Shown: positions 41,651-56,732, counted from the stretch's first letter. The stretch is DNA of 64,000 nt from Antedon mediterranea (GCF_964355755.1 NC_092674.1:17112001-17176000), one strand, 5' to 3'. Notes: generated from the sequence alone by a model not told the origin. Numbers and translations: made by a program.

Positions 41651-42307
41651 GGCTTTCGCTACATGTATTTGATCTCGTAAATTTTATGTTTAGCGCCCTC
41701 AATTTAATGTAAAAAGATATTAATTTATCTTCGTTACGTGTTTAAAAGAGAATGTATGTCTCATCGTAGTTTGGGATGCCGTTTGTTATTATGCAAATGA
41801 GTTTTGCAGGTGTAGTGGGAAAGATGGTATTGTTAGTAATTCGTGGTCAACACACCACACTGTCACGCCACACTGTTGAATTTTGATTTTGTTAATCAAT
41901 GTTGCTACATTGGTAGCGAAATGTCCGATTCATGCAAGATATTGTATTGTAATATGTTATAAATAAACATTTATGGATGGTAGTTGGTGTGTATGGCCGC
42001 ACCGTCCCAGAATAAACATGTTTTAAAGAGATAGTTTGTCTCCGATGATTTTTGTATGGGGTTAATGGAGAGTGAAATAGATCAAATATAGAACATTTGC
42101 AAAGATGCCGATTTCCAGACCGATTTCGAAACTTAGACTAATTCCGCCGCCGGGCTAGGCCTTAGGCATATACGAAGTCGAAATTTTAAAGTAGAAAACT
42201 CTACCTAAACTTTTGAATTCGCATCTGGATAGTTGAATTTTTAACAAATATCATAAATATCATAGGTGATTATGTATGGTAAAAAGTATAAGTATAAGTG
42301 CAATTCT

Positions 42308-45300
42308 TTAAAAAGGTCCACTTGGTTAGGCATGACATTTACAAACATAAAAATATCTCACTATCAAAAACAAAATTTATTTTCAAATAAAAAAAAAGAA
42401 AAAAAATATACCTAGAAGTTCGAACCCACTATTGAAATCACTCAAACCTGAGCATTACCCGTTACGCCCTCAAACCAGTAGATGACTGAAGAACTGATAA
42501 TAGTCTATTTATATGAAATAGATGATCAATCAATGAAAAATAATGCCATGCAACTTTGTTTCTGATTTAAAAAAAGATTCACTTGTTCAGGCTTGACAGT
42601 TGCAACCCTCAAAATATCTCGCTTTCAAAAACAATATTTATTTTCAATAAAGAAAAAGAAAAGAAAAAAATACCCGTATAGGTTAGAACCCACTGCTGAG
42701 AGCACTCAAACCTGAGCATTACCCGTTACGCCACAAACCAGTAGATGACTGAGGAGCTGATAATAGTCTATTTATATGAAATTAATGACCAATCAATGAA
42801 AAATAATGCCATGCAACTTTGTTTCTGATTTTAAAAAAGGTCCACTTGTTTAGGCCTGACATTTACAAACATAAAAATATCTCACTATCAAAAACAAAAT
42901 TTATTTTCAATTAAAAAAAAAAAGAAAAAAGAAATTTCCCTAGAGGTTCGACCCACTACTCAGAGCACTCAAACCTGAGCATTACCCGTTACGCCACAAA
43001 CAAGTAGATGACTGAAGAGCTGATAATAGTCTATTTATATGAAATAAATAATAAATCAATGAAAAATAATGCCATGCAACTTTGTTTCTGATTTTACAAA
43101 AGGTCCACTTGTTTAGGCCTGACATTTACAACCCTCAAAATATCTCACTTTCAAAAACAATATTTATTTTCAATTTAAAAAAAAAAGAAAAAATATATCC
43201 CTAGAAGTTCGAACCCACTATTGAAATCACTCAAGCCTGAGCATTACCCGTTACGCCGCAAATCAGTAGATGACTGAAGAGCTGATAATAGTCTATTTAT
43301 ATGAAATAGATGATCAATCAATGAAAAATAATGCCATGCAACTTTGTTTCTGATTTTTAAAAAGGTCCACTTGTTTAGGCCTGACATTTACAACGCTCAA
43401 AATATCTCACTTTCAAAAACAATATTTATTTTCAATGAAAAAAAAAGAAGAAATAAAATACCCGTATAGGTTCGAACCCACTGCTGAGAGAACGCAAACC
43501 TGAGCATTACCCGTTACGCCACAAACCAGTAGATGACTGAAGAGCTGATAATACTCTATTTATATGAAATAAATAATAAATCAATGAAAAATAATGCCAT
43601 GCAACTTTGTTTCTGATTTTAAAAAAGGTCCACTTGTTTAGGCCTGATATTTACAACCCTCAAAATATCTCACTTTCAAAAACAATATTTATTTTCAATT
43701 AAAAAAAAAAACAAAAAAAACGTAGAGGTTCGAACACACTACTGAGTGCACTCAAACCTGAGTATTAACCGTTACGACACAAACCAGTAGATAATTGAGG
43801 AGCTGATAATAGTCTATTTATATGAAATTAATGATCAATCAATGAAAAATAATGCTATGCAACTTTGTTTCTGATTTTAAAAAAGGTCCACTTGTTTAGG
43901 CCTGACATTTACAATCTCACTTTCAAAAACAATATTTATTTTCAATTTAAAAAATAAATAAATAAAAATATTCTTAGAGGGGCGAATCCAATACTGCGAG
44001 CACCCAAACTTGAGCATTACCCGCTACGCCACAAACCAGTAGATGACTAAAAAGCTGATAATAGTCTATTTATATGAAATGAATGATCAATCAATGAAAA
44101 ATAATGCCATGCAACTTTGTTTCTGATTGAAAAAAAGATCCGTTTGTTTAGGCCTGACATTTACAACTATAACAATATCTCACTTTCAAAAACAATATTT
44201 ATTTTCAAAAAAAAAAGAGAAAAAAAGCAATATCCCTAGAAGTTGGAACCCGCTACTGAGAACACTCAAACCTGGGTATTACCCGTTACGCCACAAACCA
44301 GTAGATGACTGAAGAGCTGATAATATGAAATTAATGATCAATCAATGAAAAATAATGCCATGCAACTTTGTTTCTGATTTTAAAAAAGGTCCACTTGTTT
44401 AGGCCTGACATTTACAATCATCAAAATAACTCACTTTCAAAAACAATATTTATTTTCAATTAAAAAAAAAAGAAAAAATTTCTTAGAGGTTCGAACCCAC
44501 TACTGCGAGAACTCAAACATGAGCATTACCGGTTACGCCACAACCCAGTAGATGAGTGAAGAGCTGATAATAGTCTACTTATATGAAATAAATGATTAAT
44601 CAATGAAAAATAATGTTATGCAACTTTGTTTCTGATTTTAAAAAAAGGTCCACTTCTTTAGGCCTGACATTTACAACCCTCAAAATATCTCATTTTCAAA
44701 AAAAATATTTATTTTCCATTTAAAAAAAAAGAAAAAAGAAATATCCCTAGAGGTTCGAACCCACTACTGAGAGCACTCAAACCTGAGCATTACCCGTTAC
44801 GCCGCAAAACCAGTAGATGACTGAAGAGCTGATAATAGTCTATTTATATGAAGTAGATGATCAATCAATGAAAAATAATGCCATGCAACTTTGTTTCTGA
44901 TTTTAAAAAAGGTCCACTTGTTTAGGCCTGACATTTACAACCCTCAAAATATCTCACTTTCAAAAACAATATTTATTTTCAATTTAAAAAAAAAAGAAAA
45001 AATATATCCCTAGAAGTTCGAACCCACTATTGAAATCACTCAAGCCTGAGCATTACCCGTTACGCCGCAAATCAGTAGATGACTGAAGAGCTGATAATAG
45101 TCTATTTATATGAAATAGATGATCAATCAATGAAAAATAATGCCATGCAACTTTGTTTCTGATTTTTAAAAAGGTCCACTTGTTTAGGCCTGACATTTAC
45201 AACGCTCAAAATATCTCACTTTCAAAAACAATATTTATTTTCAATGAAAAAAAAGAAGAAATAAAATACCCGTATTGGTTCGAACCCACTGCTGAGAGCA

Positions 45301-48300
45301 CGCAAACCTGAGCATTACCCGTTACGCCACAAACCAGTAGATGACTGAAGAGCTGATAATACTCTATTTATATGAAATAAATAATAAATCAATGAAAAAT
45401 AATGCCATGCAACTTTGTTTCTGATTTTTAAAAAGGTCCACTTGTTTAGGCCTGATATTTACAACCCTCAAAATATCTCACTTTCAAAAACAATATTTAT
45501 TTTCAATCAAAAAAAAAAGAAAAAAAAAATCCCGTGTAGGTTCGAACCCACTGCTGAGAGCACTCAAACATGAGCATTACCCGTTACGCCACAAACCAGT
45601 AGATGACTGAAGAGCTGATAATAGTCTATTTATATGAAATGAATGATCAATCAATGAAAAATAATGCTATGCAACTTTGTTTCTGATTGAAAAAAGATCC
45701 GTTTGTTTAGGCCTGACATTTACAACCCTCAAAATATCTCATTTTCAAACAAAATATTTATTTTCAATAAAAAAAAAAAAAAAGAAATATCCCTAGAGGT
45801 TCGAACACCGCTACTGAGAGCACTCAACCCTGGGTATTACCCGTTACGCCACAAACAAGTAGATGGCTGAAGAGCTGATAATATGAAATGAATGATCAAT
45901 AAATGAAAAATAATGTTATGCAACTTTGTTTCTGATTTTAAAAAAGGTCCACTTGTTTAGGCCTGACATTTACAACTATAACAATATCTCACTTTCAAAA
46001 ACAATATTTATTTTCAAATACAAAAAAAAGAAAAAAAAAATCCCTAGAAGTTCGAACCCACTATTGAAATCATTCAAGCCTGAGCATTACCCGTTACGCC
46101 ACAAATCAGTAGATGACTGAAGAGCTGATAATAGTGAGTGAGTGAGTGAGTGAGTGGCCGAGCGGTTAAGACAGTGGAACCGTAATCACGTAGCCATAAC
46201 ATCGGCAGGGGTTCGGGGCTCACTCACTCCATGGTTCTGGTGGTAGAACGAGTCTTCTCGGATAAGGACTATAAACCGTAGGTCCAGTGTACACAACTTG
46301 CTCGTGTGCACTTTAAAGAACCTAGTACATCTTTCGAGACGAGTAGGGGGTTACCCCGGTGTACTAGTACATCACAGCCACTGATCACCAACAGGGCCCT
46401 CTGGGAGATCAGTCTTTGACTGAAGAGGTCACCCAGTATAAAGATAAAACAAACAAACAAACAAACAATAGTCTATTTATATGAAATAGATGATCAATCA
46501 ATGAAAAATAATGCCATGCAACTTTGTTTCTGATTTTAAAAAAGATCCGTTTGTTTACAATCTCACTTTCAAAAACAATATTTATTTTCAATTTAAAAAA
46601 AAAATTAATAAAAATAACCTTAGAGGTGCGAACACACTACTGCGAGCACTCAAACTTGAGCATTACCCGCTACGCCACAAACCAGTAGATGACTGAAGAG
46701 CTAATAATACTCTATTTATATGAAATGAATAATAAATCAATGAAAAATAATGCCATGCAACTTTGTTTCTGATTGAAAAAAAGATCCGTTTGTTTAGGCC
46801 TGACATTTACAACCCTCAAAATATCTCATTTAAAAAAAAATATTTATCTTCAATTAAAAAAAAAAAGAAAAAAGAAATATCCCTAGAGGTTCGAACCCAC
46901 TACTGAGAGCACTCAGACCTGAGTATTACACGTTACGCCACAAACCAGTAGATTACTGAGGAGCTGATAATAGTCTATTTATATGAAATTAATGATCAAT
47001 CAATGAAAAATAATGTTATGCAACTTTGTTTCTGATTTTAAAAAAGGTCCACTTGTTTAGGCCTGACATTTACAACTATAACAATATCTCACTTTCAAAA
47101 ACAATATTTATTTTCAAATAAAAAAAAAAGAAAATAAATATCCCTAGAAGTTCGAACCCACTATTGAAATCACTCAAACCTGAGCATTACCCGTTACGCC
47201 GCAAACCAGTAGATGACTGACGAGCTGATAATAGTCTATTTATATGAGATAGATGATAAATCAATGAAAAATAATGCCATGCAACTTTGTTTCTGATTTT
47301 AAAAAAGGTCCACTTGTTTAGGCCTGACATTTACAACCCTCAAAATATCTCACTTTCAAAAACAATATTTATTTTCAATTAAAAAAAAAAGAAAAAAAAA
47401 TTCCCGTTTAGGTTCGAACCCACTGCTGAGAGCACTCAAACCTGAGCATTACCCGTTACGCCACAAACCAGTAGATGACTGAAGAGCTGATAATAGTCTA
47501 TTTATATGAAATGAATGATCAATCAATGAAAAATAATGCCATGCAACTTTGTTTCTGATTGAAAAAAAGATCCGTTTGTTTAGGCCTGACATTTACAACC
47601 CTCAAAATATCTCATTTAAAAAAAAAATATTTATCTTCAATTAAAAAAAAAAGAAAAAAGAAATATCCCTAGAGGTTCGAACCCACTATTGAGAGCACTC
47701 AGACCTGAGTATTACACGTTACGCCACAAACCAGTAGATGAATGATGAGCTGATAATAGTCTATTTATATGAAATTAATTATCAATCAATGAAAAATAAT
47801 GTTATGCAACTTTATTTCTGATTTTAAAAAAGGTCCACTTGTTTAGGCCTGACATTTACAATCTCACTTTCAAAAACAATATTTATTTTCAATTTAAAAA
47901 AAAAAATAAATAAAAATAACCTTAGAGGTGCGAACCCACTACTGCGAGCACTCAAACTTGAGCATTACCCGCTACGCCACAAACCAGCAGATGACTGGAG
48001 AGCTAATAATACTCTATTTATATGAAATGAATAATAAATCAATGAAAAATAATGCCATGCAACTTTGTTTCTGATTGAAAAAAAGATCCGTTTGTTTAGG
48101 CCTGACATTTACAACCCTCAAAATATCTCATTTTCAAACAAAATATTTATTTTCAATAAAAAAAAAAAGAAATATCCCTAGAGGTTCGAACACCGCTACT
48201 GAGAGCACTCAAACCTGGGTATTACCCGTTACGCCACAAACCAGTAGATGACTGAAGAGCTGATAATAGTCTATTTATATGAAATGAATGATCAATCAAT

Positions 48301-51300
48301 GAAAAATAATGCCATGCAACTTTGTTTCTGATTGAAAAAAAGATCCGTTTGTTTAGGCCTGACATTTACAACCCTCAAAATATCTCATTTAAAAAAAAAA
48401 TATTTATCTTCAATTAAAAAAAAAAGAAAAAAGAAATATCCCTAGAGGTTCGAACACCGCTACTGAGAGCACTCAAACCTGGGTATTACCCGTTACGCCA
48501 CAAACCAGTAGATGACTGAAGAGCTGATAATATGAAATGAATGAACAATCAATGAAAAATAATGTTATGCAACTTTGTTGCTGATTTTAAAAAAGGTCCA
48601 TTTGTTTAGGCCTGACATTTACAACTATAACAATATCTCACTTTCAAAAACAATATTTATTTTCAAATACAAAAAAAAGAAAAAAAATATCCCTAGAAGT
48701 TCGAACCCACTATTGAAATCACTCAAGCCTGAGCATTACCCGTTACACCGCAAACCAGTAGATGACTGAAGAGCTGACCTAATAGTCTATTTATATGAAA
48801 TGAATGATCAATCAATGAAAAATAATGCCATGCAACTTTGTTTCTGATTGAAAAAAAGATCCGTTTGTTTAGGCCTGACATTTACAACCCTCAAAATATC
48901 TCATTTTCAAACAAAATATTTATTTTCAATAAAAAAAAAAAAAAGAAATATCCCTAGAGGTTCGAACACCGCTACTGAGAGCACTCAAACCTGGGTATAC
49001 CCGTTACGCCACAAACCAGTACATGACTGAAGAGCTGATAATATGAAATGAATGAACAATCAATGAAAAATAATGTTATGCAACTTTGTTTCTGATTTTA
49101 AAAAAGGTCCACTTGTTTAGGCCTGACATTTACAACTATAACAATATCTCACTTTCAAAAACAATATTTATTTTCAAATACAAAAAAAAGAAAAACAATA
49201 TATATAGAAGTTCAAACCCACTATTGAAATCACTCAAACCTGAGCATTACCCGTTACGCCGCAAACCAGTAGTTGACTGACGAGCTGATAATAGTCTATT
49301 TATATGAGATAGATGATAAATCAATGAAAAATAATGCCATTCAACTTTGTTTCTGATTTTAAAAAAGGTCCACTTGTTTAGGCCTGGCATTTACAACCCT
49401 CAAAATATCTCACTTTCAAAAACAATATTTATTTTCAATTAAAAAAAAAACAAAAAAAAAATCCCGTGTAGGTTCGAACCCACTGCTGATAGCACTCAAA
49501 CATGAGCATTACCCGTTACGCCACAAACCAGTAGATGACTGAAGAGCTGATAATAGTCTATTTATATGAAATGAATGATCAATCAATGAAAAATAATGCC
49601 ATGCAACTTTGTTTCTGATTGAAAAAAAGATCCGTTTGTTTAGGCCTGACATTTACAACCCTCAAAATATCTCATTTTCAAACAAAATATTTATTTTCAA
49701 TAAAAAAAAAACGAAATATCCCTAGAGGTTCGAACACCGCTACTGAGAGCACTCAAACCTGGGTATTAACCGTTACGCCACAAACCAGCAGATGACTGAA
49801 GAGCTGATAATATGAAATGAATGATCAATCAATGAAAAATAATGTTATGCAACTTTGTTTCTGATTTTAAAAAAGGTCCACTTGTTTAGGCCTGACATTT
49901 ACAACCCTCAAAATATCTCACTTTCAAAAACAATATTTATTTTCAATTAAAAAAAAAATAAAAAAAAATCAGGTGTAGGTTCGAACCCACTGTTGAGAGC
50001 ACTCAAACATGAGCATTACCCGTTACGCCACAAGCCAGTAGATGACTGAAGAGCTGATAATATGAAATGAATGAACAATCAATGAAAAATAATATTATGC
50101 AGCTTTGTTTCTGATTTTAAAAAAGGTCCACTTGTTTAGGCCTGACATTTACAACTATAACAATATCTCACTTTCAAAAACAATATTTGTTTTCAAATAC
50201 AAAAAAAAGAAAAACAATATATATAGAAGTTCGAACCTACTATTGAAATCACTCAAACCTGAGCATTACCCGTTACGCCGCAAACCAGTAGATGACTGAC
50301 GAGCTGATAATAGTCTATTTATATGAGATAGATGATAAATCAATGAAAAATAATGCCATGCAACTTTGTTTCTGATTTTAAAAAAGGTCCACTTGTTTAG
50401 GCCTGGCATTTACAACCCTCAAAATATCTCACTTTCAAAAACAATATTTATTTTCAATTAAAAAAAAAAGAAAAAAAAATCCCGTGTAGGTTCGAACCCA
50501 CTGCTGAGAGCACTCAAACATGAGCATTACCCGTTACGCCACAAACCAGTAGATGACTGAAGAGCTGATAATAGTCTATTTATATGAAATGAATGATCAA
50601 TCAATGAAAAATAATGCCATGCAAATTTGTTTCTGATTGAAAAAAAGATCCGTTTGTTTAGGCCTGACATTTACAACCCTCAAAATATCTCATTTTCAAA
50701 CAAAATATTTATTTTCAATAAAAAAAGAAAAAAGAAATATCCCTACTAGAGGTTCGAACACCGCTACTGAGAGCACTCAAACCTGGGTATTACCCGTTAC
50801 GCCACAAACCAGTAGATGACTGAAGAGCTGATAATATGAAATGAATGATCAATCAATGAAAAATAATGTTATGCAACTTTGTTTCTGATTTTAAAAAAGG
50901 TCCACTTGTTTAGGCCTGACATTTACAACTATAACAATATCTCACTTTCAAAAACAATATTTATTTTCAAATACAAAAAAAAGAAAAAAAATATCCCTAG
51001 AAGTTCGAACCCACTATTGAAATCACTCAAGCCTGAGCATTACCCGTTACGCCGCAAACCAGTAGATGACTGAAGAGCTGATAATAGTCTATTTATATGA
51101 AATAGATGATCAATCAATGAAAAATAATGCCATGCAACTTTGTTTCTGATTAAAAAAAATTTCCACTTGTTTAGGCCTGACATTTACAACCCTCAAAATA
51201 TCTCACTTTCAAAAACAATATTTATTTTCAATTAAAAAAAGAAAAGAAAAAAAATACCCGTATAGGTTCGAACCCACTGCTGCGAATACTCAAACCTGAG

Positions 51301-54300
51301 CATTACCCGTTACGCCACAAACCAGTAGATGACTGAAGAGCTGATAATAGTCTATTTATATGAAATAAATTATCAATCAATGAAAAATAATGCCATGCAA
51401 CTTTGTTTCTGATTTTAAAAAAGGTCCACTTGTTTAGGCCTGGCATTTACAACCCTCAAAATATCTCACTTTCAAAAACAATATTTATTTTCAATTAAAA
51501 AAAAAAGAAAAAAAAATTCCCGTGTAGGTTCGAACCCACTACTGAGAGCACTCAAACATGAGCATTACCCGTTACGCCACAAACCAGTAGATGACTGAAG
51601 AGCTGATAATACTCTATTTATATGAAATGAATGATCAATCAATGAAAAATAATGCATGCAACTTTGTTTCTGATTGAAAAAAAGATCCGTTTGTTTAGGC
51701 CTGACATTTACAACCCCAAAAATATCTCATTTTCAAACAAAATAGTTATTTTCAATTAAAAAAAAAAGAAATATCCCTAGAGGTTCGAACACCGCTATTG
51801 AGAGCACTCAAACCTGGGTATTACCCGTTACTCCACAAACCAGTAGATGACTGAAGAGCTGATAATATGAAATGAATGATCAATCAATGAAAAATAATGT
51901 TATGCAACTTTGTTTCTGATTTTAAAAAAGGTCCACTTGTTTAGGCCTGACATTTACAACTATAACAATATCTCACTTTCAAAAACAATATTTATTTTCA
52001 AATACAAAAAAAAGAAAAAAAATATCCCTAGAATTTCGAACCCACTATTGAAATCACTCAAGCCTGAGCATTACCCGTTACGCCGCAAACCAGTAGATGA
52101 CTGAAGAGCTGATAATAGTCTATTTATATGAAATAGATGATCAATAAATGAAAAATAATGCCATGCAACTTTGTTTCTGATTTAAAAAAATTTCCACTTG
52201 TTTAGGCCTGACATTTACAACCCTCAAAATATCTCACTTTCAAAAACAATATTTATTTTCAATTAAAAAAAAAAAGAAAAAAAATACCCGTATAGGTTCG
52301 AACCCACTGCTGAGAGCACTCAAACCAGAGCATTACCCGTTACGCCGCAACCCAGTAGATGACTGAAGAGCTGATAATAGTCTATTTATATGAAATAGAT
52401 GATCAATCAATGAAAAATAATGCCATGCAACTTTGTTTCTGATTTAAAAAAATGTCCACTTGTTTAGGCCTGACATTTACAACCCTCAAAATATCTCACT
52501 TTCAAAAACAATATTTATTTTCAATTAAAAAAAAAAGAAAAAAAATACCCGTATAGGTTCGAACCCACTGCTGAGAGCACTCAAACCTGAGCATTACCCG
52601 TTACGCCACAAACCAGTAGATGACTGAAGAGCTGATAATAGTCTATTTATATGAAATGAATGATCAATCAATGAAAAATAATGCCATGCAACTTTGTTTC
52701 TGATTGAAAAAAAGATCCGTTTGTTTAGGCCTGACATTTACAACCCTCAAAATATCTCATTTTCAAACAAAATATTTATTTTCAATAAAAAAAAAAAAAA
52801 AAAATATCCCTAGAGGTTCGAACACCGCTACTGAGAGCACTCAAACCTGGGTATTACCCTTTACGCCACAAACCAGTACATGACTGAAGAGCTGATAATA
52901 TGAAATGAATGAACAATCAATGAAAAATAATGTTATGCAACTTTGTTTCTGATTTTAAAAAAGGTCCACTTGTTTAGGCCTGGCATTTACAACCCTCAAA
53001 ATATCTCACTTTCAAAAACAATATTTATTTTTCAATTAAAAAAAAAAGAAAAAAAAATTCCCGTGTAGGTTCGAACCCACTGCTGAGAGCACTCAAACAT
53101 GAGCATTACCCGTTACGCCACAAACCAGTAGATGACTGAAGAGCTGATAATAGTCTATTTATATGAAATGAATGATCAATCAATGAAAAATAATGCCATG
53201 CAACTTTGTTTCTGATTGAAAAAAAGATCCGTTTGTTTAGGCCTGACATTTACAACCCTCAAAATATCTCATTTTCAAACAAAATATTTATTTTCAATAA
53301 AAAAAAAAGAAATATCCCTAGAGGTTCGAACACCGCTACTGAGAGCACTCAAACCTGGGTATTACCCGTTACGCCACAAACCAGTAGATGACTGACGAGC
53401 TGATAATATGAAATGAATGATCAATCAATGAAAAATAATGTTATGCAACTTTGTTTCTGATTTTAAAAAAGGTCCACTTGTTTAGGCCTGACATTTACAA
53501 CTATAACAATATCTCACTTTCAAAAACAATATTTATTTTCAAATACAAAAAAAAGAAAATAAATATCCCTAGAATTTCGAACCCACTATTGAAATCACTC
53601 AAACCTGAGCATTACCCGTTACGCCGCAAACCAGTAGATGACTGACGAGCTGATAATAGTCTATTTATATGAGATAGATGATAAATCCATGAAAAATAAT
53701 GCCATGCAACTTTGTTTCTGATTTTAAAAAAGGTCCGTTTGTTTAGGCCTGACATTTACAACCCTCAAAATATCTCATTTAAAAAAAAAATATTCATCTT
53801 CAATTAAAAAAAAAAAGAAAAAAGAAATATCCCTAGAGGTTCGAACCCACTACTAAGACCACTCAGACCTGAGTATTACACGTTACGCCACAAACCAGTA
53901 GATTACTGAGGAGCTGATAATAGTCTATTTATATGAAATTAATGATCAATCAATGAAAAATAATGTTATGCAACTTTGTTTCTGATTTTAAAAAAGGTCC
54001 ACTTGTTTAGGGCTGATATTTACAACCCTCAAAATATCTCACTTTCAAAAACAATATTTATTTTCAATTTAAAAAAAAAATAAAAATCCCTAGAGTTTCG
54101 AACCCACTACTGAGAGCACTCAAACCTGAGTATTACCCGTTACGCTACAAACCAGTAGATGACTGAGGAGCTGATAATAGTCTATTTATATGAAATTAAT
54201 GATCAATCAATGAAAAATAATGCCATGCAACTTTGTTTCTGATTTTAAAAAAGATCTATTTGTTAAGGCCTGACATTTACAACCCTCAAAATATCTCATT

Positions 54301-55537
54301 TTCAAAAAAAATATTTATTTTCAATAAGAAAAAAAGAAGCAATGTCCCTAGAGGTTGGAACCCACTACTGAGAGCACTCAAACCTGGGTATTACCCGTTA
54401 CGCCACAAACCAGTAGATGACTGGAGAGCTGATAATATGAAATTAATCATCAATCAATGAAAAATAATGCCATGCAATTTTGTTTCTGATTTTTAAAAAG
54501 GTCCACTTCTTTAGGCCTGACATTTACAACCCTCAAAATATCTCATTTTCAAAAACAATATCTATTTTCAATTAAAAAAAAAAATAAAAATATCCCTAGA
54601 GGTTCGTCCCACTACTCAGAGCACTCAAACCTGTGCATTACCCGTTACGCCACAAACCAGTAGGTGACTGAAGAGCTGATAATAGTCTATTTATATGAAA
54701 TGAATGATCAATCAATGAAAAATAATGTCATGCAACTTTGTTTTTGATTTTAAAAAAGGTCCACTTGTTTAGGCCTGGCATTTACAACCCTCAAAATATC
54801 TCACTTTCAAAAACAATATTTACATTCAATTAAAAAAAAAAGAAAACAAATATCCCAAGAGGTTCAAACCTACTACTGAGAGAACTCAAACATGAGCATT
54901 ACCGGTTACGCCACAAACCAGTAGATGACTGAAGAGATCATAATAGTCTATTTATATGAAATGAATGATCAATATATCAACGTCAAATGATTTTATGCAA
55001 CTTTGTTTCTGATTTTTAAAAAGGTCCACTTGGTTAGGCATGACATTTACAACCATAAAAATATCTCACTATCAAAAACAATATTTATTTTCAATAAAAA
55101 AAAAAAGAAAAAAATATTCCTAGAGGTTCGAACCCACTACTGAGAGAACTCAAACCTGAGCATTACCGGTTAACGCCACAACCCATTAGATGAATGAAGA
55201 GCTAATAATAGTCTATTTATATGAAATAAATGATCAATCAATGAAAAATAATGTTATGCAACTTTGTTTCTGATTTTAAAAAAGGTCCACTTGTTTAGGC
55301 CTGACATTTACAACCCTCAAAATATATCATTTTCACAAACAATATTTATTTTCAATAAAAAAAAAAGAAAAAAAATACCCGTATAGGATCGAACCCACTG
55401 CTGAGAGCACTCAAACCTGAGCATTACCCTTTACGCCACAAACCAGTAGATGACTAAAGAGCTGATAATAGTCTATTTATATGAAATGAATGATCAATCA
55501 ATGAAAAATAATGCCATGCAACTTTGTTTCTGATTGA
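42308..55537 (-). repeat. ~260-bp tRNA-derived satellite, block 2 (~50 monomers)
   Basis: Same monomer family in continuous head-to-tail array, with several recurring variants. Confidence 0.92.
46136..46466 (+). mobile_element. tRNA-headed SINE with Deu/Nin-like central domain
   Basis: TSD AATAGT (46130-46135, 46467-46472), A box TGGCCGAGCGG, central 'gataaggactataaaccgtaggtcc...taaagaacc...gagtagggggttaccccggtgt', and an (AAAC)n tail. Confidence 0.85.
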
Positions 55538-55886
55538 AACAAGCACGAATGTGCAATACTCGGGGTACAGCGAAAGAAGCTGTAATGACGTCATAAGACC
55601 GGATGTAACGTCACATACACATCAAAAACCGCGCTACCAAATACGGCTATACGATACCATCTTCGAGACGTCATATGGCTGCATCCGGTATGAAATTAAA
55701 AAATCCGGCTCTCTATAGCTTTGAGGACATGTCCCTGTAGTATATTCATGCTAAATCCGAGCTCAATACTACAACGAATAAGGGAGGAGTAGTACTTTAT
55801 AAATTGCACTTTTTGCTCAATAGTGTCCGGATGGAAGAAGAAGAGGAAAAGATGAGAGAGTCCTAGACTCAGGTACCCCGACTAAT
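55538..55886 (-). mobile_element. Non-autonomous Helentron-like (HINE) element
   Basis: Inserted in the satellite A-run (tgattgaa|...|aaaacgat). Subterminal inverted repeat TCGGGGTAC (55560)/GTACCCCGA (55873); terminal hairpin GCAC-gaat-GTGC next to 'aacaa'. Confidence 0.65.
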
Positions 55887-56200
55887 AAAACGATATCACG
55901 TGATTGCGGGGCGCCCTCGCAATCATCTTTTGACAACGTGAGCATCTCATCCTCTTCACCTCACGCTGTCAACAGATTACCACGCCAGTTTTTGGCTAAG
56001 TAAAATAATTTTCACTTTTACATTTACCAGTTCATTTTATCCTCATACACTTATAGGCTGTGTGAACTCACACAATATACTTTGACTGGAATTTATCTAA
56101 CACCTTATCTTACCCCCATTCTGTCCGATTTTTCGTACTTTACTGTAATTATGTTGTCTGGTTATGCCCTAGCCCTAGGCTCAACTCATTCGTTTCCGGT

Positions 56201-56430
56201 TTGAGCGAAAGCCTCGCTTTCCATCACGGCTTGGGTAATTCGTCCGACTCCATACTTGGTTCACATCGACCTTTGCCTGACTTCCGAATCAGTCATCACT
56301 ATGATAATACTGTTCTTTGGGGGGTGCCCGGCCTAAAGATAAACGACCTAACTAATTTTGTAAATCAAGTGGCAACATTCAAGCCAGATTTTTGATAATC
56401 GACCTCGGATCGAATGACCTAGTTAAAAAG
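56201..56430 (+). pseudogene. SGNH/GDSL hydrolase-like remnant
   Basis: SSDSI...LWGVPGLKINDL...FKPDF, then after a frameshift LIIDLGSNDL (GxND block III). Confidence 0.6.
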
Positions 56431-56732
56431 TAAGGTCTGCTTTCATGCACGGAGCCTCTTATGCTAACTTATGCCATTAAATAACAACAATCTTATTATC
56501 TGTTTCTACTACTGCGTCACTGTGGACAATCCGGAACCGGATTTTAGAGGAAAATAAATACATAATTAAACAGAATAAACAAAATAAAATGCCAGGCAAT
56601 ACACTGTTGACACCATTTTTTTTTTTCCCATTGTTTTACATCCAAAAGAAATAAATAATAACTTGTTTTTTTTTTTCTTGATGCTACGCTAAACTGGCAA
56701 ATATTTTGCACAAACCTGAATGGTTTATAGTT

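Noticed and set aside
29634-55537. Functional tRNA gene cluster, or the repeated 60-64 aa 'MFLILKKVHLFRPD' ORFs as a peptide family
   Set aside because: Acceptor and anticodon stems do not pair. The ORFs start at TTG, cross variable poly-A runs and change frame between monomers.
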